Assembly: GCF_009914755.1 (NCBI RefSeq)
Contig: NC_060926.1
Reading direction: 5' to 3' (one strand)
DNA from: the human T2T-CHM13v2.0 reference genome, Homo sapiens
DNA: 64,000 nt
Below, piece by piece: positions 15,500-29,380 of the stretch. Position 1 is the stretch's first letter; each line of letters opens with the position of its first letter. Under the pieces are notes generated by a model. It was not told where the DNA came from. It saw only the letters and a list, made by a program, of their open reading frames with translations, and ran no database searches. The position numbers and the translations under genes were made by a program.

Positions 15500-17703
15500 G
15501 TATTATAGGCTGTCCTCACATTGCTATAAAGAAATACCTGAGACTGGGTAATTTATTTTTTAAAAAAAGATATTTAATTGGCTCATGGTTCTGCAGGCTG
15601 CACAGAAAGCATGGTGGCATCTGCTTCTAGGGAGACCTCAGAGAGCTTTAATTGATGGCAAAGGCAAAGAGAGGGCAGGCATCTCACTTGCCAGGAGCAG
15701 GAGCAAGAGCAAGAGAGAGTGACAGGGGAGGTACCACATACTTTTAAACAATCAGATCTCACAAGCACTCCCTCACTATCGTGGAGACAATACCAAGGGG
15801 ATGGTGCTAGGCCATTCATGAGAAACTGTCCCTGTGATCCAACCACCTCCCACCAGGCCTTACCTCCAACATTGGGAATTACAATTTGACGTAAGATTTG
15901 TGGGAGGACCCAGATATAAACCATATCATTCCACCCCTGGTCCCTCCCAAATCTCATGTCCTTCTCACATTTCAAAATAAAATCATGCCTTCCCAACAGT
16001 CCTTCAAAGTTTTAACTCATTCCAGCATTAACTCAAAAATCCACAGTCCAAAGTCTCTCTCATCTGAGACAAAGCAAGTCCCTTCTCCCTGTGAGCCTGT
16101 AAAATCAAAAACAAGTTAGTTACTTCCAAGATACAATGGAGGTACAGGCATTGGGTAAATACACATGTCCCAAAAGAGAGAAATCAGCCAAAAGAAAGGG
16201 GCTATAGGCCCCAGGGAAGTTTGAAACCCAGCAAGGCAGTCATTAAATCTTAAAGCTCCAAAATAATTTCCTTGGACTCTATGTTGCACATCCAGGGCAC
16301 ACTGGTGTGAGGAGTGCACTCCCAAGGTTTTGGGCAGCTCCGCCCCAGTGGCTTTGAAGAGTTCAGTCCTCGCAGCTGCTCTCATGGGCTGGTGTCGAGT
16401 GCCTGCAGCTTTTCCAGGCATATGGTGCAAGCTGTCAGTGGATCGACCAATCTGGAGTCTGGAGGACAGTTGCCCTCTTCTTACAGGCAGTGCCCCAGTG
16501 GGGATTCTATGAGGGCTCCCATATTTCCCCTCTGCACTGCCCTAGTAGATGTTCTCCATGAGGGCTCTTACCCTGCATCAGGCTTTTTCCTGGACTCCCA
16601 GGCTTTTCCATACATCCTCTGAAATCTAGGTAGAGGATCCTGAGCCTTAACTCTTGCACTCTGTACACCTGCAGGCTTAAAACCTTGCGGAAGCCACCAA
16701 GGCTTATGGCTTGCACCCTCTGGAGCAGCCCAAGCTGTACCTGGCCCCTTTGAGCCACAGCTGGAGCTGGAGTGGCAGGGATGCAGGGAGCTGTGTCCCA
16801 AGGCTGCACAGTCAGGGTCCTGGGCCTGGCCCATGAAACCATTTTTCCCTCCTAGGCGTCCAGGCCTGTGATGGGAGGGGCTGCCATGAAGGTCTCTGAA
16901 AAGCCTTCAAGGCCTTTTCTCTGCTGTCTTGGCTATTAGCACTTGGTTCCTTTTTAATTATGTAAATTTCTGCAACCTTATTGAATTCCTCCCTTGAAAA
17001 TGGGCTTTTCTTTTCTGCTGCATGGCCAGAGTGCCACTTTTCCAAACTTTTATGCTCCGCTTCCCTTTGAAATATGTCAGTTTTAGATCATTTCTTTGCT
17101 CACACATATGAGCATATGCTGTTAGTAGCAGCCAGACCATACATTGAACACTTTGTTGCTTAGAAATTTCTTCCACCGGATACCCTAAACCATCACTCTC
17201 AAATTCAAAGTTCCACAGATTCCTAGTGTAGGAGCACAACACAGCCAAGTTGTGTGCTAAGGCATAACAAAAGTGACCTTTACTATAGTTTCTAATAAGT
17301 TCTTCATCTCCATCTGAGACCTCCTCGGCATGGACTTCACTGTCCATATCTCTATCAGTATTTTGGTCAAAACTATTCAACAAGTCTCTAGGAAGTTCCA
17401 AACTTTCCTTCTTCTTCCTGTCTTCTTCTGAGCCCTCCAAATTCTTCCAACCACTGCCCATTACCCAGTTCCAAAGTTGCTTTCACATTTCATTGTATTT
17501 TTACAGCAATGCCTCACTTTGTGGTACCAACTTTCTGTATTTGGCTGTTGTTGCATTGCTACAAAGAAATACCTGAGACTGCATAATTTATTTTTTTTAA
17601 AAAGAGGCTTAATTGGCTCACAGTTTGGCCGACTGGACAGGAAGCCTGGCAGCATCTGCTTCTGGGGAGGCCTCAGGGTGCTTTTACTCATGGCAGAAGG
17701 CAA
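15500..17703 (-). mobile_element. MST/THE1-type ERVL-MaLR element: LTR (about 15500-15930), internal region (about 15930-17535), truncated second LTR (about 17536-17703)
   Basis: Two LTR-type copies (aagaaatacctgagactg...aattggctca) flank MaLR-int; ORF 16958..17461 (GSGWKNLEGSEEDRK...EEVSDGDEEL) is the MaLR internal ORF remnant. Confidence 0.9.
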
Positions 17704-17944
17704 ATCCTCATGCTTGTTCCTTGGCCCCAACTCAAGGATGTTTTTCCCCCTCTCTCCACAGAATTTGTTCTTTATTTGGATCAACCTAATCTCTTTCCCA
17801 GATAACATGAAGTTCTCCTCTTTGGGTATTGGAGGGAAGGGCTGGCATGAGAGAGGAAGGGACCTGGAACATAAAGGATTGTCTACAGCAAATGAGGAAG
17901 GAAAGAGTGCTGTAAACATCTCAGGGCTTGTAAGTGTTGCCTCA

Positions 17945-18415
17945 TCAAATAAAGAATGTGATTTTGGAATTCTAAGTCCCTCACTTTTTAATGATGTGGT
18001 AACAGTCCAATAATTTCATTAGTTCAACCTTTTTCCTTAGGAACTTTGATTTGTGTGTGTGTGTGTTATTGGAATTTTGATATTCTTTTTAATAGTTTCA
18101 AGATCACCTCCACCCCAAACCATCTACTGTATCCCTTAGATATTTTCCAGATTCATTAGATGAACAGTTTGAATCAGCTGTTGTTTCTGACCTTATCCAT
18201 ACAAGTTGTAAATTTGGTCAATACAAGTTTGTTCCAGAATAATATAGAATATCTACTGTTGAAACTTTCTATAGACTATCAAAATTCCAGTAACACCCAC
18301 AGCCATACACAAATCAAAGTTTCTAAGGAAAAATGTAGAACTAGTGAGATTACTGGACATTACCATATCATTCAAAAGTTAGTGACTTAGAATTCCAAAA
18401 TCTCATTCTTTTTGA
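17945..18415. repeat. Imperfect inverted repeat, arms about 140 bp (17945-18082 and 18277-18415)
   Basis: Arms are reverse complements with scattered mismatches. Confidence 0.9.
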
Positions 18416-19045
18416 AGCTACAAAGAGACCTATACTATTAACATAAATTATTAATAGTTTTTCACTGCTAAACTGTCCCAAGAATTGTGACTCATACAAT
18501 AAAGATACCATTTTACTGACATTAATAGCATTCTTGAGGTTATGAAAAGCAATGCATGCTTTCTTGTTAAAATGAGATTTAAAGACAGTGCACTAAAGTT
18601 TGATATATTTACAACTTTTAGAAGCCCTTTATAATTGGTTTTGTTTGATTTTATTTAATGATATTAATTATAAGTAAGTTCTTTTAAAAATCAAATTTTC
18701 CCACTATACAATACACAAAAATACCAGAATGGAAGAGTAAAATCCTGAACAACTAGACTCTTTATCCTGCTCCTGTGTTGCTGTGAGTCAAAACTTTGAC
18801 ATTACACTTAACTATGACAAACAGTTTTTAATAAAATGGTCACTACTGCCTCTGAGTGGTGGGTTATTTTCAGAGTTTAAATTTCATTCATTTCAAGTCC
18901 TTTCAGTGCTAATAGGAGAGAATTTTGACACTGACACTGTAAATGTCTTTTCAAGTTTAGACTTTGAACGTGAGATTATGTTTAAGAACATGAACAGTCA
19001 GCGTTATTTCATTTAAAGAAGGAGTACAAAAACTCATAAACGTAC

Positions 19046-19230
19046 AAGGTTGGCCTGCTTTTTCTGTAAAATCTGTGTTCCACAAAGAAGCAGAGGGCCC
19101 CCCAGTTTCTTAGCATTCTCCATCAGGGAACTCTCCTGGACAGCCAAGCTCTCTCAGCAGTGCTTTCACCTCCAACAATTAGAAACACGGGGCCTCCAGG
19201 CTGGTGGAACTCATCAGTCATGAAAGACCT
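19046..19230 (-). pseudogene. S28 pseudogene exon 2: RSFMTDEFHQPGGPVFLIVGGESTAERAWLSRRVP*[fs]MENAKKLG[fs]ALCFFVEHRFYRKSRPT
   Basis: Acceptor ttttctttccacag|AGG, donor TT|gtacgt; 185 nt; GGPVFLxxGGE and EHRFY motifs; TGA at 19123-19125 with compensating -1/+1 indels. Confidence 0.95.
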
Positions 19231-19450
19231 CTGTGGAAAGAAAAGCATCATTTCAAATCATTAATTAGGATCTGTTGTTTGCTTTTTTCTATTATTAGAA
19301 ATAATACTTCAACTAATGGTACAACTAATGGTCGTACTATTTAGTTGGTAAAAATAAAGAACAGGGTGATGATCTGTGATCTGACCTAAGCAAGTGACAC
19401 TGCAAGTCACTTTTCTGCAAAGTGCACATATTGAAAATTACCAGCCAACC

Positions 19451-19585
19451 AGCTAGGCGCAGTGGATTGCGTCTATAGTCCCAGCTACTGGGAGGGCTGA
19501 GGTGTCAGAATCGCTTGAGCCCAGGAGTTTGAGACCAGCCTGAGCAACTTAGTGAGAGCCCATCTGTAGAATAAAAAAGAGAAAG
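19451..19585 (+). mobile_element. Alu monomer (FLAM/FAM-like)
   Basis: TSD gaaaattaccagccaac on both sides. Confidence 0.8.
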
Positions 19586-20052
19586 AAAATTACCAGCCAA
19601 CAATGTGGTTGTCCTAAATCAGACCCAACACAATTACACAATTTGGATTTGGGACTCTATGATGGATTATATGATGGAAAGAGCTGGGAACCTCGGGAAG
19701 AGCTGGCAAACCATAAGCTTCTGCGAAGTGCGGAAACATTCGTGGGACAAGTCAGTGACCTCTTGTATGATACAGAAAGATCTTTATGGGTCAGGGGATG
19801 CAGAAGCCCCCTGCATCTCTCTTGACACCACAGGGGACAGGTAAGAATGGTAATAAATAAATGAGGCTCCAACCCAGGCATTTAGACAAACACAAACACA
19901 AAGAAAATGGATCCATAGAAGGCCTGAAAAAAATAAAAAAAGATAAAAGGAAAAATAAACAAATCAGGAGAGTGAAAAATAACGGAATAAAAATAAATCC
20001 AAGAGCTGGTTCTTCGAAAACAAAATGAAAATTTAAAACACACACACACACG

Positions 20053-20282
20053 GGCCGGACACAGTGGCTCACGCCTGTAATCCTGACACTTTGGGAGGCC
20101 AAGGCAGGTGGATCATGAGGTCAGGAGATCGAGACCATCCTGGCTAACACGGTGGAAACCCATCTCTACTAAAAGTACAAAAAATTAGCCGGGCGTGGTG
20201 GCATGTGCCTGTTGTCCCAGCTACTCGGGAGGCTGAGGCAGGCGACAGAGCGAGACTCCATCTCCAAAAAAAAAAAAAAAAA
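20053..20282 (+). mobile_element. AluY-like with right-arm internal deletion
   Basis: gaggcagg joined directly to cgacagagcgagactcc. Confidence 0.88.
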
Positions 20283-20317
20283 CCACACACACACACACAA
20301 GTAAATCATTACCTGGT

Positions 20318-20543
20318 CAATTGGTTCTCAACATGGGTGATTTTGCCCAGACCCCACCCCAGGGGCCATTGGGCAGTGTCTGGAGATATTTTTGGTTGTC
20401 ACAGGGGTGGGGAAGAGGTTGCCACTGGCATCTGGGGTAGAAATGAAAGACACTGCTAAACACCCTATGATGCCAGGACAGTACCCTGCAACAAAGAATT
20501 ATTTGGCCCAATATGTCAGTTCTGCCAAGATTGAGGAACTCTG
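20318..20543 (+). mobile_element. MER20 (hAT-Charlie) DNA element
   Basis: tggttctcaac...gattttgccc...ttttggttgtcac...acaaagaattat...ttgaggaactctg. Confidence 0.85.
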
Positions 20544-23009
20544 ATTTAATCTAATCAAGAGAAAAGGGTAGAAAGTACACATAAATAAAATGAGAATGAG
20601 GATAGAGAAATAGCCTAACTCAAGGACATCTTTTTTTTAAACTGTAAAACACTTTTTACTCAAATCTAAGCAAATGACTTCACTCAACTTCAAGCAAATG
20701 ACAGTAATGTAAACACTGTGAATGCTTAAGAGAGTTTGCTTACTTAATAATCTTCTCAGAAAATATGGATTACCAAAAGAGGCTGCAGAAAAGACAAGAC
20801 TTCTAAACAAATTATGATAGAGAACATAGTGAAAATTGCAAGAGAAGACAGAGAGAGAATGAGGGAGAAAAATAGTTCTGTCAACATTTTAAGGAACAGA
20901 TTTCAGTGTTTTTTAAATTGTTTCAGAGCATAGAGTAGAGAGAAAACGGTCCTTTTTAAAAGTTGAAGTTACATATGATACCAAAACGTGACACAGAGAG
21001 TCAATGCAAAAGGAAATTACAGTGCAATTTCAATTCTGAATGTTAATGTAATGAAATATTAGTCGGACGATTCTATCAGCACTTGAAAGCAATAATACAT
21101 GATGACCTGGTGGTATTCATATTAGGAATGGAAGTTTCACCTTAGGAAATTTCATATAACTTACCACTTTAATAAATTATAAAAAATTAATATGACCATT
21201 TTTATTATTTTTGAAAGGCATTTGATAAAATTCAACATCTGTCCCTTAAAAACAGAATAGATACATATCTTTGTGTCATGAGTTTATGCCCTTTATAACT
21301 ATCTACAGGATATACACACATATATTTATATGTAATTATGTTTAGTTAAATATAAAAGTGCATGTTAAATATGTGTTTTTTTCCCAATGCCATCATGAAG
21401 AAGAGAAAGACTTTTTCCTGAGATAGGCCATTCCAAATATTTCATAGCCAAGAATATAGAGATTATTTCAGAAATGAGCCCATGACACAAATAAAACCAA
21501 GTGAGTTCTCTCACCTAGAACTGGGAGCTATGCCTGGAAAGTGGCTTTTTATGCAACGGAGTGTTAGTCTTTAGTATGACTTTGGATTTGTGATTGCAAA
21601 GCCTGACCGAGCCTTTAGAGATGTAGAGAATCCAGTGAAATTTGTTTACAAAATTATTAGAGTCCTGGTCTTACGAAATAGGAGGGATATGAAAAGAATT
21701 CAGAATTAGAATTAATGAGTTAATTGTTGGTTGAGTTGAACCCAACCAAGTGTTGAGATCAAATCTGATTTCAGAATTAGATAATGTATAATTTTAAGAG
21801 GCCTTTAAGACCACTCCATTTGAGAGGCATGGACTTGAAGTCCCTCTTGGCTTAATGGCCATGAAAAAAGGTTCTATTTGTCCCTGTGAATGGTGCAAAA
21901 AATACCCTCCCATTATGTTACTCCAGATCTATGCCCCAACCAAGACTGCTGGTTGTATGCAGCCTCATTAAGTATAGAAGTAAAAACAATCTGTGCACAT
22001 TGAGTAGTATAAACACTGTTAATGCTTAAGAGAATTTGCTTACTTAACAGATTAGTCTAGTCATTCCAATGTAAAAGGGCATTTGAGTAATTAATTTAGG
22101 CTTGAATCTTTAAAATGAAAGGAATAAGAGAAATTGACTAAGGTCATAAAAGGCATAAAAACATTGAAGAGAAGTTAAGATTCTCCATATGTACAGTTTT
22201 AATGCATCTGATTTATCAGACTAAGATTTGAGAAGATTTGTGCGTTAATCAGGCATTTAAAGTATTTCAAAGAAAATAAAATACATTACATTTATAAACA
22301 CAGTTTAAATGTTTAAGGGAATTTTATTAGGTTATAAAAAGCACCCTTAAAAGTGATTTTTGAAACTTGCTAGAGTTATAAATAGATGACAAGATTCATA
22401 ATTTAATTTTCAAAGCTTAAGGAAGAACTGGGTTTCTAAATTTATAATTTATTAAAGTTATACATTTTAATAAAGCCAAATTTTTACTTAATAAAATCAA
22501 ATTTTAATTTTGGCAAACCTGGATTAGAACCTGAGTAATCTTATTTAAGCACAAACTCCTCCCTCAATAACACTAAAACCCTGACTTTTACTTGGAAATC
22601 ACAAGCACCCGTTAGTCTGGAGAGCCTGGGGCCATCTTAGTGCTATAGGGAGAAGCCTGCCCAGGAGCAAGGCCAATGCAGAAGGCAGAACCAAGAGATG
22701 AAGAGATGGCCTCTTTTAAACCTCCGTATCCCACCATGCCTGAAATCTGACCTACCCTGAACTTTGGTGAGCCAATACAGTCCTCCTTTGTGTCTACATT
22801 ATTCTGAGTTGTGATTTTCTCACTTGCAAATGAAAGCATTCTAACTGAACGTCTTCCTCCTTGTGATCTTCTCCCCCAGCATTTAAATTAATGGTCATGG
22901 TAGGGCAACAAATTGTCTCAATTTACTTAGACATAAATGGTTCATAGTCCATCTGTAAAGTGACTAGAAAGTAATCAGACAAGTTACAGCACTTTTGCTC
23001 TATCAGTGG

Positions 23010-24150
<1,141 letters not shown>

Positions 24151-24484
24151 AATGCCGCTAAACAATCTTCAGGATCATACTGTGGAACAGAAAGGAAAAA
24201 AAAAACAAGATAAATAACTTAAATTTCCCCCAAAGGAAATCTGGGCTTATAAGCTCAACAGTATCGCCTGCAGCTACTACAATTTACCATAGATGCTAAC
24301 TGTGTAGTGAAATGGACATTTATGAAATAATAGTCTGTGGCCATAGCAGAGGGAAAGTAGAACACAGAATTACATGGAAACCATGGTTGCAACTACATCA
24401 AAAGGATAAAAACGCATAAGAACACAGGGAAACAGAAGCACGTGTAAGGAAGAGGAATCACAAATTTTCTTTAACAGAAAATCA

Positions 24485-24850
24485 AGTCGGGCACAGTGGC
24501 TTACACCTATTATCCCAGCACTCTGGGAGGCCAAGGTAGGAGGATTGCTTGAGCCAGGAGTTCCAGAAGAGCTTGGAAAGCATAATGAGAACCCATCTCT
24601 ACAAAAAATAAATACACAAAAATAGCCTCAACCTCGAGGACTCAAGCGATCCTCTTGCCTCAGCATCCAAATTAGCTGGGATGCTGAGCTACTTGGGATG
24701 CTACTTGAGAGCTACTTGGAATGCTGTTGCAAGAGGCTCACTTGAGTCCTGGAGGTCGAGACTGCAGTGAGCCATAAACGCGCCACTGCATTCCAGCCTG
24801 GACGACAGAGCAGGACCCTGTCTCAAAAAAAAAAAAAAAAAAAAAAAAAA
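24485..24850 (+). mobile_element. AluJ-like with internal inverted duplication
   Basis: Alu consensus with an antisense Alu segment at 24624-24677. Confidence 0.88.
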
Positions 24851-25210
24851 ACCCGAAAATTATAAAGTACTTTTGAAAATAAGGAATAAACAGAATATAT
24901 GAATTGACACAAGAATCGCATCACGATTGCCCTTCTTAGCAGCCAAATGTTGGCTATGGCTTCCTTGTTTATTTGTTTTTAAAATTATAGCAGCTGGGCT
25001 CTACCGCATGCCCCCAAAGCAACCCCTTCAAAACCCAGAAGCTGAAAAAGACCTCAGAAGAGATGTGAGGAAAATTGACAAAATGTTTACAGTTGTTCTG
25101 TTAGGTGTCATTACATGAGGCTGTGATATTATTTTCTGTACTCTTTTGCATATTTGAAAGATTTCATAATTAAAAGTAAATATAAATTAGTGTAATAAGA
25201 TGCAAAATGG

Positions 25211-25535
25211 GGCCAGGAGCGGTGGCTCACTCCTGTAATCCCATCACTTCGAGAGGCTGAGGCGGGTGGATCACTTGAGGTCAGCAGGTGGATCACCTGA
25301 GGTCAGGAGTTCGAGACCAGCCCAGCCAACATGGTGAAACCCCATCTCTACCAAAAAAAAAAAGTACAAACATTAGCTGGGCGTGGTGGCACATGCCTGT
25401 AGTTCAGCTACTTGGGAGGCTGAGGCAGGAGGATCACTTGAGTCCAGGAGGTGGAGGTTGCAGTGAGCTGAGATCGTGCCACTGCCCTCCAGCCTGGGCG
25501 ACAGAGTAAGACCCAATCTCAAAAAAAAAAAGAAA
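25211..25535 (+). mobile_element. AluS with short internal tandem duplication
   Basis: ggtggatcac..gaggtcag repeated; degenerate TSD aagatgc.aaatgg. Confidence 0.9.
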
Positions 25536-25691
25536 GATGCTAAATGGCCGTCTCAGAACCCGGCCCAGAGGAGGTCTGCAGAACACCCTGGTTCCTCTTC
25601 TCTCCCATCCCCTCCAGAGCTCCACCAACGAGACCTCAGAGCTGGCACCATCCCTTACCTGTTACCACCTACCGTGGTCATTGTTTTTTAC

Positions 25692-25868
25692 CTGTTGCCA
25701 GACTTGCCCACTATCATTACTAAAACAGTCAAGCTTTTGTTGGAACCATTGGTCATTTTCATCCTTCTCTGTCGACGGTGGAGCAGATCGCCTCCATCTG
25801 GGGATGAAACTCTGAACGTAGGAACAGAGGAGCAGCAGCAGCAGCCTCCACCCAGGAGCTCAGGCCAC
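25692..25868 (-). pseudogene. S28 pseudogene exon 1: (M>V)A*APGWRLLLLLLCSYVQSFIPRWRRSAPPSTEKDENDQWFQQKLDCFSNDSGQVWQQ
   Basis: Kozak-like GCAGCC-GTG-G; TGA at codon 3 (25860-25862); Leu-rich signal peptide; S28 motif WFxQKLDHF..W.QR; donor CAG|gtaaaa at 25692/25691; 177 nt, phase 0. Confidence 0.9.
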
Positions 25869-26440
25869 GGCTGCCTTGGCTGGAATGGTGCTGTCTGGTG
25901 CTGCTGCTATTTCTACTGCAACCATCACCGCCCTGATGTAGGGCCTCCCAGGCATTCTTGGCCCCTGGGCTTCTTTATGTCAGAAATTTAAGATGTGCCT
26001 GATCACCATTCTGTGGGGATATTCTTGCAAAATAAAAATGCCTAAATCTGGAAAAGGCGGAAATCTGGAACTCTGCCATCAGCAATGCCTCTTAGTCTAT
26101 TAGTGGCCTCTGACCCGGTTCTTCCATGTGGACGCCCTGGGCTGATGATTCCCCGGGGGCTGTGGGAGCCCGGGGTGGGGTGCGGGGAGAGCAGGAGGGA
26201 TGTGCTGAGAAACTCCTCTATTACCAGCTTTGGAACAATTGGTTTGACTTTTTTCCTAGCCTACGAACAATGCTGCCTCACTTTTTGTTGTCTGCTGGTG
26301 GATAATCCAAGACCCCAAACCTAAGATGACAAGATCACAGTAGGTGCGATCGTTCTGCTCCAATTCAGGGCTTTTGAACATTGACTCCCTGTTTCACTCT
26401 TCTGATGCCCCGGGTTTTATTGAGAACTATCCCTCAAATC

Positions 26441-26550
26441 TCCTCATCCTCCTCCTTCTTCCCTCCTCCTCCTCCTCTTGTTCTCCTCTTCCTCTTGTTC
26501 TCCTCCTCCTCTTTTTCTTCCTCCTCCATCCTCCTCATTCTTCATTCTGT
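26441..26550 (+). repeat. CT-rich (TCC/TTC)n low-complexity tract
   Basis: Direct. Confidence 0.9.
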
Positions 26551-27952
26551 ATCTGATTATCAGTCCCAACCATGTATTGAGTTCCCATAAATTTCTTGAG
26601 CTTCCCTGAGAGTTAAAGAGACTTGACAACTTCCCTGCCCATGAAAGAGCTTCTCATTTAGTTGGGACAATAAGAAACCACATGGGAAGTTGAAGAGCAC
26701 CCGTTGAGCCTGTGGGTGTGCAGTGGGAGCTGTGTACTAACTCCCCAGGGCATTCAGAGCCTCCTCAAACAGCCTGGGAGAAATGTGTCCACTTAGCACC
26801 TCCTAACCAGCAAGAACTCAGCTGGGGCTGTACAAAGGTTAAATCTTCAAAGGTCAGGGTGGTATTGGGGGTTTTTAATGATGTGAGAATTCTGCCCTCA
26901 TTGGCCTCTCAATTGCTCGTACTTTTTCAGAGCTAGAACCCAAAAGGGATGCTATCGTGTTAAGGCATAGGAGGACATGATTCTAAGGAGGGCCTAAGAC
27001 ATGCTGTCTTTGCACAGGTCCAGAAATCAATGATCATACTCAGGATATCCACCTCGCTCTGACAGAGGGATGTACAGGGTGAGCAGGGCCCTGAATTCAT
27101 ACCCTCAGGAAACCCAAAGGACTCCATCAGCCAAGTATTGTTCTGGAGTAGCGAAATGAGCCCTCTTTCCCAGTCCTGTTTCCACTCGGGTTCCAATGAG
27201 CCATATTAGAATAGGAGGGAGTGGTTTTAACACGACTCAGGATATAATTTCTTGATTGATTTCCTTCGTGTTTCTCCCCAGAAGATTAAGACTATAGAGC
27301 TGTTTAAGATATTGTCAGGCAACTCTTCCTTTTAAATACCAGGTACCTTCCATATTTTAGGATCCTGATTAATTTTTTTATTTATCTAAATTATTGCCGC
27401 AAACAAGACCTAGATTCTTATTTTTAAGCAAAAAGCAAAAAGGCCTGTTTTTGCCCCCTACAAATACACACTCTTTCCATGTTCAACAAAGCATATTTCC
27501 TGCTCAATATTAAATAACACTTAAAAGTTATGGGTGCTAGCAAGGACGGGGTGAGAGGGTGATGAGAAGAGTGAAATAGGAATAATAAAAGACCAGGAGG
27601 AAATATTATGAGAACAGCAACCTCTCTCCAAAATAGTGTCACAGCCACATGGAGCGCCTTCAAGAGGCAGACAAATTACAGAGCCCGTGCAGCAATTCAT
27701 GAGAATAAAATGATTGAATATTGCATGGGAGATGGATCACCCTTAAAATCTATGAACGTCCTATTTTGGGGGGTAAAACAAGCTAGTTTCTGATACATTT
27801 TAAAAAGGTTTATGTTAGTTTAGAATCAATGTGAAGTTTTCCCTGTTAGTAATATTTTGCTTATTTTAATTTCCAGTGGTTGGAAATGTTCTCTGTAGAT
27901 AAGGTTTACAAAATATGTAGCCCGATTTTATAACAGATAATCCTCTCATTCA

Positions 27953-28273
<321 letters not shown>

Positions 28274-29380
28274 TCAATATAGGAGGTAGCACCAATCATC
28301 TTTGACAAACACAGAGAAATTTGTAATAATTACCTATGAAGGAATGCTTAAAATGGTCAGAAGTTCCTAGGAATTACAACAGATGTCCTGGTATTTTGGG
28401 TATTTGGCCCCAAATCTGCTATGTTCAGCCCATCTGAGAATAAACATAGGCTAGGGACTTGTAGAGACAGCGACAGTGGCCCCTTCCTTGCTTCAAAAGG
28501 TTTGAGGGTGTTTTTCACCAACTTTAGGTTAGTGCAGATTTTTTTTAATTTAGTGCAAATTCTTGTAAATATATGTAAGGCAACAAAACATGAAAATGAA
28601 AGGACTGATCAAAAGCAAGTGACAGAAACTAATCCATATTTAAATGAAGCATTGCATAATCAACTCTCAGAATGAAAATACTTCCATTTCTCATCGCAAG
28701 GTGGCGATAGTACCCCGCTCATTTACTACAGATGCACCCAAGGCCCTGGGAACTTGCAAATACTCATTAAAACAGTGAGAGTGTACATTGTGGATGTGTG
28801 ACACCTTTTCCCTGTGCAGGTCAAGATTTCTTCAATGAAACGGAATTAATTGGGTAAATATTTACTGAATGCTATGCTACAGGAAGCCCAAGGATTCTTG
28901 GTTTTGATATAGACCTTGCGGGGTTACTTCGACACGTGTTTTAGTCTTCTAGAACAAGATGGACTCTTGAGTGGGTTCCTGGCATGGTCTCAGACTACAC
29001 TGGCTTGGATATAGCTCCAATAAGACATGGTCTTGAAATTTTCCAAGATGCAGATGGTCTAAAATTGGCTTCCTTGTGACAAATTACCACAAATGGTAGG
29101 GATTCTTTAAGGCCAGTTGCAGTGGCCTGGGTGCCAGCCTCATTTTCTCCATCTTTGTGCTCCCAATGACAGAATTGCAGGTGGCCTGGCTTAAAGTGGA
29201 CCTCCCACCATCACATCACCTCCACGCATCCTGTCCCTACTCTGACCCCTCAGAAGGGATATCCTCTCTGACCTGCAAGTGGCCATAACACTTTGAGACT
29301 TTTGGCTGGGGAAACCGGCAAAACCCATCCACTGCTGAAGCCAACCCCCTTCCATTTTTCTTTAAGAAAAAGTACATTTT

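Larger units (their letters stand above)
19850..21250 (+). mobile_element. Old L1 ORF2 fragments (interrupted by Alu and MER20)
   Basis: ccaagagctggttcttcgaaaa and gcatttgataaaattcaacatc are typical L1 ORF2 text. Confidence 0.65.

Noticed and set aside
15583-17461. Multiple 60-167 aa ORFs
   Set aside because: Decayed MaLR LTR and internal sequence, not host genes.
17461-18013. 152-178 aa ORFs on both strands with pyrimidine-rich acceptor-like sites
   Set aside because: Partly MaLR LTR, no recognisable protein, and not needed in the S28 exon chain.
25476-25991. 171-aa plus-strand ORF
   Set aside because: Starts in an Alu and is the antisense shadow of pseudogene exon 1.
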